This document shows, piece by piece, positions 56,157 to 64,000 of a stretch of 64,000 nt of DNA. Position 1 is the stretch's first letter; each line of letters begins with the position of its first letter. The translations under genes and the position numbers were made by a program. Source of the DNA: Bacilli bacterium (GTDB lineage: Bacteria; Bacillota_I; Bacilli_A; RF39; UBA660). The stretch is taken from contig CAADYO010000001.1 of NCBI GenBank assembly GCA_900753325.1, positions 410 to 64,409 of the forward strand. Reading direction: 5' to 3'. The notes beneath the pieces are model-generated. The model was not told where the DNA came from. It worked only from the letters and a program-made list of their open reading frames with translations, and did not search any database.

Positions 56157-58010
56157 CTAGATATCTTTTTTATCTGAAAAGTATTTTTTTATGAGGCTAC
56201 TTAATTCATATGGTTTAATAGGTTTTGAAAGATACTCATCAAATCCTTCATTTAAGTACATTTCACGCATACCAGAAATGGCATTAGCTGTTAGAACAAC
56301 TACTGGTGGTATAACATATCCATCTAGTTTTTTTAATTTATGAAGAGTCTCTATTCCATCCATTTCACGCATCATATGATCCATAAAAATCATATCATAT
56401 TTGTTTTCGGCTTTAATACTATGGATACAATCTCTTCCTGATGTTAGTGTTTTAATATTAAACTTGTATGGTTCTAGTATTCGTTTAGTAACTTTTACAC
56501 TCAATTCATCATCATCTACTATTAAAATAGTATATTGAGAGCAATCTATATAATCAATATCTTTTTTTGATTTAATCGCATCTGTAATATTACCTATTGG
56601 CATACTATTAATAATTTTTTGTTTCACTACTATTTGAAAAATACTACCTGCTCCATATTCACTTTCCATTGATACTTTTCCGGACATCATATCAGCGTAT
56701 TTTTTAACAATAGTTAAACCAAAGTTAGAGCTATCAACATTTTTAGAACTAGTATTATTTTTACTAAATATGCTATTTATTTTGGCTTGCTCTTCTTCTT
56801 TAATACCGCAACCAGTATCTGATACTTTCATTGTGAGTAGGCAGTCTTCATTAGTTATTTCTGAGGTTATAGTTAACTTTATTTTACCAACTTCAGTATA
56901 CTCTATCGCGTTTGTTAAAAAGTTTAATAATATTTGATATAGTTTATTATGGTCTCCATAAAGTCTTGTAGGGATTTTTTCATCAACATTTAAAATAAAT
57001 TCTACCGGTTTTTCACCTATTTTGGTATTAACTATATTGACTAAGTCTTTTATTATATTCACTAGAGAATATTCTTTTTCTTCTAATATTTCATTGTTTG
57101 ACTCTAAGGCTGAAATATCTAGAATATTATCAATTATATTTAAAAGATTGCCTCCATCTATAGATATTTCTTTTATGTAATCTCTAGTCTCTATCTCACT
57201 GTATGATTTTTCTTTTAATATTAATTTACTACACTTTATAATTGTATTCATAGGGTGAACTATTTCGTTTGACATATTTGATAGAAAATCCGTTTTTGTT
57301 TTATTTGATTTATCAATTTCTTCTTTTATACCTTCTAATTCTTGAACATTTCTTATATCTGGATTTTCAATATTGAAATACAAAAAGAACATTTGAAGAG
57401 ATGTACCAACTGCTTCAAAGGCTATTTCTTTGAATAATAATTGCAAAAGAACAATAACTATTATTAGAATTGCTTGAGTATATATAGCTTGTTTTTTTCT
57501 GGAACTAACTCCTTTTCCATGAATAATAGTATAGCCTATGATAAGTATAACCATAATTGAGGCATAGCCAATTATGTAGTAAGCTGCTGGTCCTGGTATG
57601 TAGGAAACAATATCTAGGCTGTCAAATGGTACAAAGAAATAAATTATTGTTGCAACTACAGTAAATGCTGTTACTAATTTTGTTCTAGTATTATAAAATA
57701 TATATTCTTTTAAGCTATTTACAGATATATCACTTACAAATGTAATATTATATAAATATAAGAAGTAGTAGCAAAAAATACCAGTTAACCAATGAATTCT
57801 AATTGCTAATTCTTTTAGAGAATAATCTTTTAAATAATATATTACTGTAGATGATACTACTTCTGTAAGCAATAAAAACATCATAGTAATTAACATATAT
57901 TTATATAATTTTGTTTCCATAGTTTTATTATTATTTTGAGAAAAATATACAATTAGAAGTAAAAGCATGAAGAATATACTACCGATGGTTAAAGTTAATC
58001 CTGATATCAT
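56157..58010 (-). CDS. Hybrid sensor kinase/response regulator with intact ATP-binding and receiver domains but Asn at the canonical phospho-His position
   Basis: H-box reads FLSNMSNEIVHPMN (AAC codon at 57267..57269). N-box is NFLTNAIEYT, G1 is DTGCGI, and G2 is partly kept as FGLTIV. The REC domain is canonical: LIVDDDE, MIFMDHMM, LTANA, LSKPI. Confidence 0.85.
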   Translation of the reverse strand: MISGLTLTIGSIFFMLLLLIVYFSQNNNKTMETKLYKYMLITMMFLLLTEVVSSTVIYYLKDYSLKELAIRIHWLTGIFCYYFLYLYNITFVSDISVNSLKEYIFYNTRTKLVTAFTVVATIIYFFVPFDSLDIVSYIPGPAAYYIIGYASIMVILIIGYTIIHGKGVSSRKKQAIYTQAILIIVIVLLQLLFKEIAFEAVGTSLQMFFLYFNIENPDIRNVQELEGIKEEIDKSNKTKTDFLSNMSNEIVHPMNTIIKCSKLILKEKSYSEIETRDYIKEISIDGGNLLNIIDNILDISALESNNEILEEKEYSLVNIIKDLVNIVNTKIGEKPVEFILNVDEKIPTRLYGDHNKLYQILLNFLTNAIEYTEVGKIKLTITSEITNEDCLLTMKVSDTGCGIKEEEQAKINSIFSKNNTSSKNVDSSNFGLTIVKKYADMMSGKVSMESEYGAGSIFQIVVKQKIINSMPIGNITDAIKSKKDIDYIDCSQYTILIVDDDELSVKVTKRILEPYKFNIKTLTSGRDCIHSIKAENKYDMIFMDHMMREMDGIETLHKLKKLDGYVIPPVVVLTANAISGMREMYLNEGFDEYLSKPIKPYELSSLIKKYFSDKKDI

Positions 58011-59833
58011 ATTCTCACATCCTTTTCTTCATTTATATATTTAGATATTATTCTGTTTATTTCATCCTTGCTTACAGGTTTATATATAATATCATTTATG
58101 TATGGCTTGCTTTTTTCTACTCTATTTTCATTCATCTCTACAATGACAGAATTCATATTAATACCTTTGAGACTTGTTTCTAGTGTCTCATCTATATAAC
58201 TACTATCAATTAAGATTAAATCATATTTTTCAAATGATACTTTACTCATATATTCTTCTTTGGTAGAGGCACTTGAAATATTATAATGATATTCTTCTAG
58301 TAGTTTACTAATAATTATATAATTAACTTTGTTACTATCAACTATTAATACTTTTTTAGTAACAGCAGGCTTTTCTGATGGTATAGCAGTGGTCTCAGTT
58401 GAACTATTACTAATACTTTGAATAAAGTAAATACTACACTCACAGTGATTGTTATTCATTTTAAAGCCTATTCTACCATTTAATAGATTAATGTATCGTT
58501 TGGCAATTATTAGTTTTAGATCATCATTATTAATAGAGCTATCTTTCTTTTCACCAAATTTTACGAAATCATTAAATTCAATATCAAGTTTTTCAGCTGG
58601 TATATAGCAATTGTTACTACTTATGTTAAATAATAATTGATAATTCTTTTTTTCCATTTTTTTATAATCTACTGCTGTTGTTATCTTACCGTCCGGAGTA
58701 GACTTTAGAAGATAGTTTATTATATTGCTGAAAATCTTATGCATTTTTTTATCGTCACCAATAAATTCTGGAGGGATATTTTCGTTAATGGATGTTTTAT
58801 ATTCAATATTTTCATTTCCTTTGGCAATAGTTTCTTCCTCTAGATTTGACATTAATGTATTGATATTATACTTTTCATTTTCTATTTTTTCTTTATTTGT
58901 TTCTAAGGCTGAAATATCAAGGATGGAATCAATTAATTCTGCTAGAATGCTACTAGCTTCATAGATATTTTCGGTATCTCTTTTAGCAACTTCTTCTGTT
59001 AATGGATTTTCGTTTAATAATACTTCACTAAATCCTAGAATGGTACTCATTGGAGTTCTAATTTCGTGAGACATGTTTATTAAGAATTCGGTTTTAGCTT
59101 TGTCAGCTATAGTTACTTTTTCTTTTGAGACTTGTAATTCTTGAATAAGTTTGCTATCCTGACTTTCTATTGTAAAGTAAAGCGTGGCAATAATGAAAGC
59201 AAACATAAAGGTAATTGTATTATAGTCATAACCTAGTACTATTTGAGGAAAAATAATTAAAATGAATAAAGCAATGGTAAAATAAATAGGTTTTTTTTGG
59301 TTGCTAGGTATAGTTTTTCCTTTAAAAGCCATTACTATACAGATAATTATTAGAAGAATCGCACCATCAATATAAGCAATATTAGCACCTGGTCCAGCAA
59401 AGTTATAAAATCCTGATTTAGAGCTTGAATAATCAAATGGTAGGGTTGTAGAAATGGAAATTATAATAACAGCTAACACTAGAAGTATTATAAATGTGAT
59501 TAAGTTATGTCTTCTTTCTTTCTCTTTATCATCATATTTTTCAAGAAGAGTTATTAAATAATATATAAGTAAATTAATCCAAATTAGGTCACCAATTGTA
59601 TAAATACGACAAGTTAGTTCTGTTAATTTTGGGTTTGTATCTATGACGGAAAGTCCATAGATATAGCCCATTTCACAAAATGTTAATGTAATTCCTAAGC
59701 CGAGTAAGGCTGCAAATACTTTGGTCTGAATATCTCCTGTCTTTTTTTTATTTAGATACATGAGTAATATAAGAATTAAATATCCTAAGGCACATATAGC
59801 AAACCCCATACTTCCGAACATTTTAAATTTCAC
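58007..59833 (-). CDS. Hybrid sensor-kinase paralogue with an intact H-box but degenerate ATP-lid boxes and a divergent receiver
   Basis: H-box FLINMSHEIRTPMSTILGFSE (CAC codon at 59066..59068). ISSNNCYIP stands where DxGxG is expected and NDDLKLIIAK where GxGLGL is expected. The REC-like tail has VLIVDSN, LILIDSS and YKPV. Its stop overlaps the next start in ATGA. Confidence 0.8.
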   Translation of the reverse strand: MKFKMFGSMGFAICALGYLILILLMYLNKKKTGDIQTKVFAALLGLGITLTFCEMGYIYGLSVIDTNPKLTELTCRIYTIGDLIWINLLIYYLITLLEKYDDKEKERRHNLITFIILLVLAVIIISISTTLPFDYSSSKSGFYNFAGPGANIAYIDGAILLIIICIVMAFKGKTIPSNQKKPIYFTIALFILIIFPQIVLGYDYNTITFMFAFIIATLYFTIESQDSKLIQELQVSKEKVTIADKAKTEFLINMSHEIRTPMSTILGFSEVLLNENPLTEEVAKRDTENIYEASSILAELIDSILDISALETNKEKIENEKYNINTLMSNLEEETIAKGNENIEYKTSINENIPPEFIGDDKKMHKIFSNIINYLLKSTPDGKITTAVDYKKMEKKNYQLLFNISSNNCYIPAEKLDIEFNDFVKFGEKKDSSINNDDLKLIIAKRYINLLNGRIGFKMNNNHCECSIYFIQSISNSSTETTAIPSEKPAVTKKVLIVDSNKVNYIIISKLLEEYHYNISSASTKEEYMSKVSFEKYDLILIDSSYIDETLETSLKGINMNSVIVEMNENRVEKSKPYINDIIYKPVSKDEINRIISKYINEEKDVRI

Positions 59834-59984
59834 ATTAACACTTCCTTTTGTATTCTACTATTCTTTTATAATTTTACTATACATTATGAAAAAACTCAAA
59901 TACTTTTATGTAAAACAACTTAAGTTTCATTTTTACAGAAAAAGATTGCTCATGATTTTAGCAACCTTTTATTTTCTTATTTTT

Positions 59985-60470
59985 CTACTTTTTTCTTGTA
60001 TATATTGTATGTTTATAATCTATATTATTATAGCTATGGGTACAAAGTACTTCCTTTTGCCAGTCCTCTTTATTAATTTTTGGAAAATAAGCATCGGCAG
60101 GTGCTTCTTCTTCTATTTCTGTTATAATGAGTTTGGTGGCATATGGTAAAAATTCTTGATATATTTTAGCACCACCAATTACCATTACTTCTTCATCAAT
60201 ACCTTTCAAGTATTCGATTAAATCGTCAGTATTATTAAAAACTTGTAACCATTCAGATTCTTCTAGATTATTATGAGTTAGAACTAAATGCTTTCTTCCT
60301 GGTAATAGTTTTTTTAGTGACTCTAGAGTTTTTCGCCCAAGAATTACTTTTTTACCAATTGTTTGTTCTTTAAAGAACTTTAAATCTTCTGGTAGATGCC
60401 ATAATAATTTATTATCATTTCCTAATTCGTTATTTTTGCCAACTGCGGCAATCATAGTTATCTTTGCCAT
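59985..60470 (-). CDS. folA: Dihydrofolate reductase
   Basis: MIAAVGKNNELG..LLWHLPEDLKFFKEQT and VIGGAKIY motifs; immediately downstream of thyA. Confidence 0.9.
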   Translation of the reverse strand: MAKITMIAAVGKNNELGNDNKLLWHLPEDLKFFKEQTIGKKVILGRKTLESLKKLLPGRKHLVLTHNNLEESEWLQVFNNTDDLIEYLKGIDEEVMVIGGAKIYQEFLPYATKLIITEIEEEAPADAYFPKINKEDWQKEVLCTHSYNNIDYKHTIYTRKK

Positions 60471-60471
60471 T

Positions 60472-61323
60472 TTAAATACCTATATCAAACTTCATTTGAG
60501 GATTTTTTTCTTTTATTTCACTTCTTGGATATCCTACTATTTTTATATCATCAACTGTGAAGTCGTAGAAGTTTGTTTTTTCAGGATTTAACCAGATTTT
60601 TGGCTCGCAATCGACTGGTTCTCTTTTTATTAACTCTTTGGCTTGATCAATATGGCGATCATAAATTTGAATGTTGTTATAAAACCAAGTAAATCTTCCT
60701 GGCGTTAAGCCAAGATGTCTTGCTACTAGATGTAGAAAAACTAAGTATTGTACTTGATTAATGCAACCAGCTGTTGCAAAGTCACTTGAGCGTTGTGTTA
60801 GGCACATATCTAAATAATCTATGCCATCTTTTCCGTGGCGAACATTCCATTCAGTCATAAAGGCACATGGTTTTAAGCCATGCGGTTCTTTAAAATCATC
60901 TTCTTGCCATAAATTTATTATATGACGTCTACCATCTGGATTTTCTTTTAATCCTTTTAGTAGATTTTTCATTAATTGATGCCTTCTTACAGTTTCTCCA
61001 TAGACTGCTCCGATAGTACGATTACCAATGTCCCATTCATCCCACCAGGTGACACCATATTTATCTCTTAAAACGTTTAAATCATTAGATTCATCTTGAT
61101 AAATCCATAATAATTCACCAATGCTAGATTTTACAGCAATTGGACGCAAAGTTATTAGTGGACTCTCTCCTTTAGTTAAATCATAAGTACACATGCCATG
61201 GTTAACACTTAGTGTATGTGCTGGCGTTCCATCAGCGTAGTGTGGTCTTGGGTCTTTATCTAAACAGCCTTCATCTAAGATTCTTTGTAATATTTCTTTT
61301 GTATATTTATCTCCTTTTGTCAT
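60472..61323 (-). CDS. thyA: Thymidylate synthase (ThyA)
   Basis: LKPCAF active-site Cys region and QRSSD motif. The start is placed at 61323 (AAGGAGGATAAT RBS, MTKGDKYTKEIL). The track extension to 61446 overlaps dnaJ and its terminator. Confidence 0.93.
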   Translation of the reverse strand: MTKGDKYTKEILQRILDEGCLDKDPRPHYADGTPAHTLSVNHGMCTYDLTKGESPLITLRPIAVKSSIGELLWIYQDESNDLNVLRDKYGVTWWDEWDIGNRTIGAVYGETVRRHQLMKNLLKGLKENPDGRRHIINLWQEDDFKEPHGLKPCAFMTEWNVRHGKDGIDYLDMCLTQRSSDFATAGCINQVQYLVFLHLVARHLGLTPGRFTWFYNNIQIYDRHIDQAKELIKREPVDCEPKIWLNPEKTNFYDFTVDDIKIVGYPRSEIKEKNPQMKFDIGI

Positions 61324-61423
61324 ATTATCCTCCTTTAGACTAAATAATTGTAACATATTATCTTTAAAATACTGTGTTGCTTTTGCAACTAATAAAAAAT
61401 ATAAATAAAAAAGTGATTTAAAA

Positions 61424-62578
61424 TCACTCTTCATTGTTTGAAACAAACTTATTAAAATTAGCTATTTCTCTTGTTGTTAGTTCAGTATCAGATAATCTGG
61501 TTATCAAGTCTTTTTGTTCTCTTGTTAACTTTTTAGGTGTATATACTTTAAATATTACATACATGTCTCCTTTATGGCGACGATATTCATTATTTACACC
61601 TTTACCTCTAATTTTTTGTTTTTCTCCAGAATCCGTTCCAGCTGGTACTGTTAGCTTGACATTTCCATATAATGTTGGAATTTCTTTTTTGCAGCCAAGA
61701 ATTGCTTCTGTTATAGTTAATGGAACCTCTAGATAAATATCATCATTATCTCTAACGTAATAGTCATGTTCAGCAACAATATATTCTATATATAAATCGC
61801 CATTTTCTCCACCGTTTGAGCCTGGATTACCTTTTCCAGATAAGCGTTGACGATCTCCTGTTGCAACACCGGCTGGAATATTAATGGTAATTCTCTTATT
61901 CTTTTTAATTTTTCCTTTTCCGTTACATTCACTACACTTTCTTTTGTAGATTTTTCCTAGGCCGTGACAGTCTGGGCAAGGGGTTTTTGATAGAAAAGAA
62001 CCTAATATTGTTTGTCTTTGACTAGTAATAGTTCCAGTTCCGTGACAAGTTTCACAGTCTTTTGGATCAAAGCCACCTTTACCGTGACATTCTTCACATT
62101 CTTCTACAACATCTAGATTAAATTTCTTTTCAGTGCCAAAGACAGCCTCATCAAAATCTAGATTCATACGCATTAAAACGTCGCTTCCACGGACAGCCCT
62201 GGAACGTGATGATGTTTGTCCACCAAAGTTTGAAAATCCACTAAAACCAGATGTATTAGTTCCACCAAAAAATGAATCAAAAATATCACCAAAGTCAAAG
62301 CTAGATGCATCAAATCCGCCAAAACCAGATCCACCGCCTGCATAAGAATTATTTACTCCTGCATGTCCATACTGGTCATACATCTTACGTTTTGAATCAT
62401 CTGATAATACTTCGTATGCCTCTTGAGCTTCCTTAAATTTATCGGCTGCTGTTGGATCATCTTTATTTAAATCTGGATGATATTGCTTTGCTTTTTTACG
62501 AAAGGCACTTTTTATTTCATCGGTGCTTGCATTTTTATCTACGCCTAACACCTCATAATAATCTCTTTTATCAGCCAT
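61424..62578 (-). CDS. dnaJ: Molecular chaperone DnaJ
   Basis: J domain with the HPD motif (KQYHPDLN), a G/F-rich linker and four CxxCxGxG zinc-finger repeats. Stop codon is TGA, followed by an AGTGATTTTAAATCACT hairpin and a T-run. Confidence 0.95.
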   Translation of the reverse strand: MADKRDYYEVLGVDKNASTDEIKSAFRKKAKQYHPDLNKDDPTAADKFKEAQEAYEVLSDDSKRKMYDQYGHAGVNNSYAGGGSGFGGFDASSFDFGDIFDSFFGGTNTSGFSGFSNFGGQTSSRSRAVRGSDVLMRMNLDFDEAVFGTEKKFNLDVVEECEECHGKGGFDPKDCETCHGTGTITSQRQTILGSFLSKTPCPDCHGLGKIYKRKCSECNGKGKIKKNKRITINIPAGVATGDRQRLSGKGNPGSNGGENGDLYIEYIVAEHDYYVRDNDDIYLEVPLTITEAILGCKKEIPTLYGNVKLTVPAGTDSGEKQKIRGKGVNNEYRRHKGDMYVIFKVYTPKKLTREQKDLITRLSDTELTTREIANFNKFVSNNEE

Positions 62579-62593
62579 TGTTTTACACCTCTT

Positions 62594-64000
62594 TTACTTA
62601 CTTAATTCTATAAACTCATCTAATGTCTTTCTAAACATATTCATTGCTTCATCAAATACTTTAGTATCCTTTAGATCAACATCAATTATTTTTAGGACTT
62701 CTAATGGATAATCTCTACCAGAGGCCTTTAAAAACTTAATGTATTTTTCTTTGAATCCTTTAGTTTCATTAATAATATTTTCAGCAATGTAGGAAGCAAT
62801 AGATAAACCTGTTGCATATTTATATACATAAAATGGAGAATAGAAATGTGGTATTCTCAAACATTCATATTTTATTTCTTCATCTATAACTACTTTATTA
62901 CCAAAATATAATCTATTTAAATCATAGTAGTAATTACAAATATTATCGGTAGTTAAAATTTCACCTTTATCAGTTAACTCATGAATATACTTTTCAAATT
63001 CAGCAAACATTGTTTGTCTAAAAATAGTGCTTTTAAATGTATTTAGACGATCTTCTAATACGCTTAGTTTTTCTTCTTTGCTTTTCGCTTTTTGTTCCAT
63101 ATAGTAAGATAGTAACATCTCGTTTACAGTTGATGCAATCTCAGCTAAGAAGATTGGATATTCATGATTACCATAAGTATTGTACTTATTTGAAAAATAT
63201 GTATGCATAGAATGACCTAATTCATGTGCTAAAGTAGAAACATCATTATAAGTATTTGTATAATTTAATAAGACAAATGGTTTAGTATCATAGCCACCAC
63301 ATGAATAAGCACCTGATTTTTTGTTTTTATTAGGATACTTATCAATCCAACCATCTGTGAAGGCTGTTTTTAAAACTTCTTTGTACTCATCGCCTAGGAT
63401 ACTAAGCGCGTCTAAGACGATATTTTGCCCTTCCTCAAAACTATATTCTTTATTATCTTGCTCTGTTACAGAAACGTAACTGTCATAGATATGAAAGCTT
63501 TTTAAATTTAAAATTTTTTGTTTTACTTGATAGTATTCATATAGTGATGGTAAGTTTTTATGAATTGTTTCAATCAAATTATTATATAGTTCTACGGGAA
63601 CATTATCTGAAAATAGACTTTCTTCAAGACTAGATGAATAATTTCTTAATTTGCTTGATGTACTTAGAGCTTCACTAGTTGCTGCTAGAGTTGAAGTTAG
63701 AGTATTTTTTACACTTCCATAGCCATGATGATAGTTAAGAAAAGCGGCTTTACGTACTCTTCTTACTTTATCTTTTAAATAAATACTATAATTACTGGAA
63801 TTTAATTCTACTATTTTATTATTACTATCTTTAATTTTTGAAAATTTTAGATCAGCATCCATAAGATAAGAAGCGGTATCACTACTACTATCTATTACTT
63901 TGGCGTATGCTGAGACTATTTTTTCTTCTTCTTTTGATAAAGTATGTTCTTTATATCTAAGAATATCTTCAATATTATGGTGGTATTTTTCTAAGCCTTT
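62594..64000 (-). CDS. pepF: Oligoendopeptidase F (M3B), N-terminus beyond the window end
   Basis: HELGHSMH zinc motif. The frame stays open upstream of the track Met through ...KGLEKYHHNIEDILRYKEHTLSKEEEKIVSAYAKV to position 64000. Confidence 0.85.
   Translation of the reverse strand, partial: KGLEKYHHNIEDILRYKEHTLSKEEEKIVSAYAKVIDSSSDTASYLMDADLKFSKIKDSNNKIVELNSSNYSIYLKDKVRRVRKAAFLNYHHGYGSVKNTLTSTLAATSEALSTSSKLRNYSSSLEESLFSDNVPVELYNNLIETIHKNLPSLYEYYQVKQKILNLKSFHIYDSYVSVTEQDNKEYSFEEGQNIVLDALSILGDEYKEVLKTAFTDGWIDKYPNKNKKSGAYSCGGYDTKPFVLLNYTNTYNDVSTLAHELGHSMHTYFSNKYNTYGNHEYPIFLAEIASTVNEMLLSYYMEQKAKSKEEKLSVLEDRLNTFKSTIFRQTMFAEFEKYIHELTDKGEILTTDNICNYYYDLNRLYFGNKVVIDEEIKYECLRIPHFYSPFYVYKYATGLSIASYIAENIINETKGFKEKYIKFLKASGRDYPLEVLKIIDVDLKDTKVFDEAMNMFRKTLDEFIELSK

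Noticed and set aside
61324-61446. N-terminal extensions of track ORFs: thyA to 61446, the ABC ATPase to 33519, CAT to 28935, the heptad-repeat protein to 17658, DUF2974 to 31074, and 4110..4886.
   Set aside because: Internal ATGs with good Shine-Dalgarno sequences give proteins of canonical length. The extensions overlap upstream genes or terminators, or start at non-ATG codons.
61424-62578. dnaJ without adjacent hrcA-grpE-dnaK as an anomaly.
   Set aside because: The upstream neighbour is pepF and the window ends there. The rest of the chaperone operon may simply lie elsewhere, and the DnaJ sequence itself is entirely canonical.
1-64000. CRISPR arrays, IS elements, integrases, prophage or conjugative modules.
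   Set aside because: I found no regularly spaced direct repeats in any non-coding gap, and no transposase, recombinase, capsid, terminase or relaxase-like translation. The only island-type trace is the 55-codon RhuM fragment.
1-64000. Mollicutes-type genetic code (TGA read as Trp), given the extreme AT content.
   Set aside because: dnaJ and the 608-aa kinase end in TGA at the expected protein length. All conserved genes are full-length under the standard code, and sporulation and germination genes are present.

Overview
The window is very AT-rich (by eye, not computed) and looks like chromosomal DNA from a low-GC, spore-forming Bacillota; spoIIM and a GerA-type germinant receptor are present. 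No finer taxonomic assignment is possible from the sequence alone. About 90 percent of the genes lie on the minus strand. The backbone is housekeeping: mnmA, murC, queH, zupT, cmk, ppdK, trxA, cvpA, rnhC, folA-thyA, dnaJ, a partial pepF, and three tRNAs. Between these sit transporter and regulator modules: a MarR plus heterodimeric ABC exporter operon, a TetR/MMPL/heptad-repeat protein module, a tandem MacB-like ABC pair, and an ABC-2-like pair. There are also many short decayed gene remnants. I found no CRISPR array, transposase, integrase or prophage block. The observations I rate highest are: (1) a 510-aa protein made of about 11 strict 35-residue mTERF-like repeats, directly downstream of a tRNA pair; (2) two translationally coupled hybrid histidine kinases with complementary defects, one keeping the phospho-acceptor His but lacking the ATP-lid boxes, the other the reverse; (3) a 35-nt element, identical at 32 of 35 positions, in the promoter regions of a BcrR-like membrane-bound XRE regulator and of the MacB-like ABC pair 10 kb away; (4) a two-gene surface-protein operon carrying five Cys-bracketed repeats. 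All functional calls rest on my own motif recognition in the translations, with no database searches.
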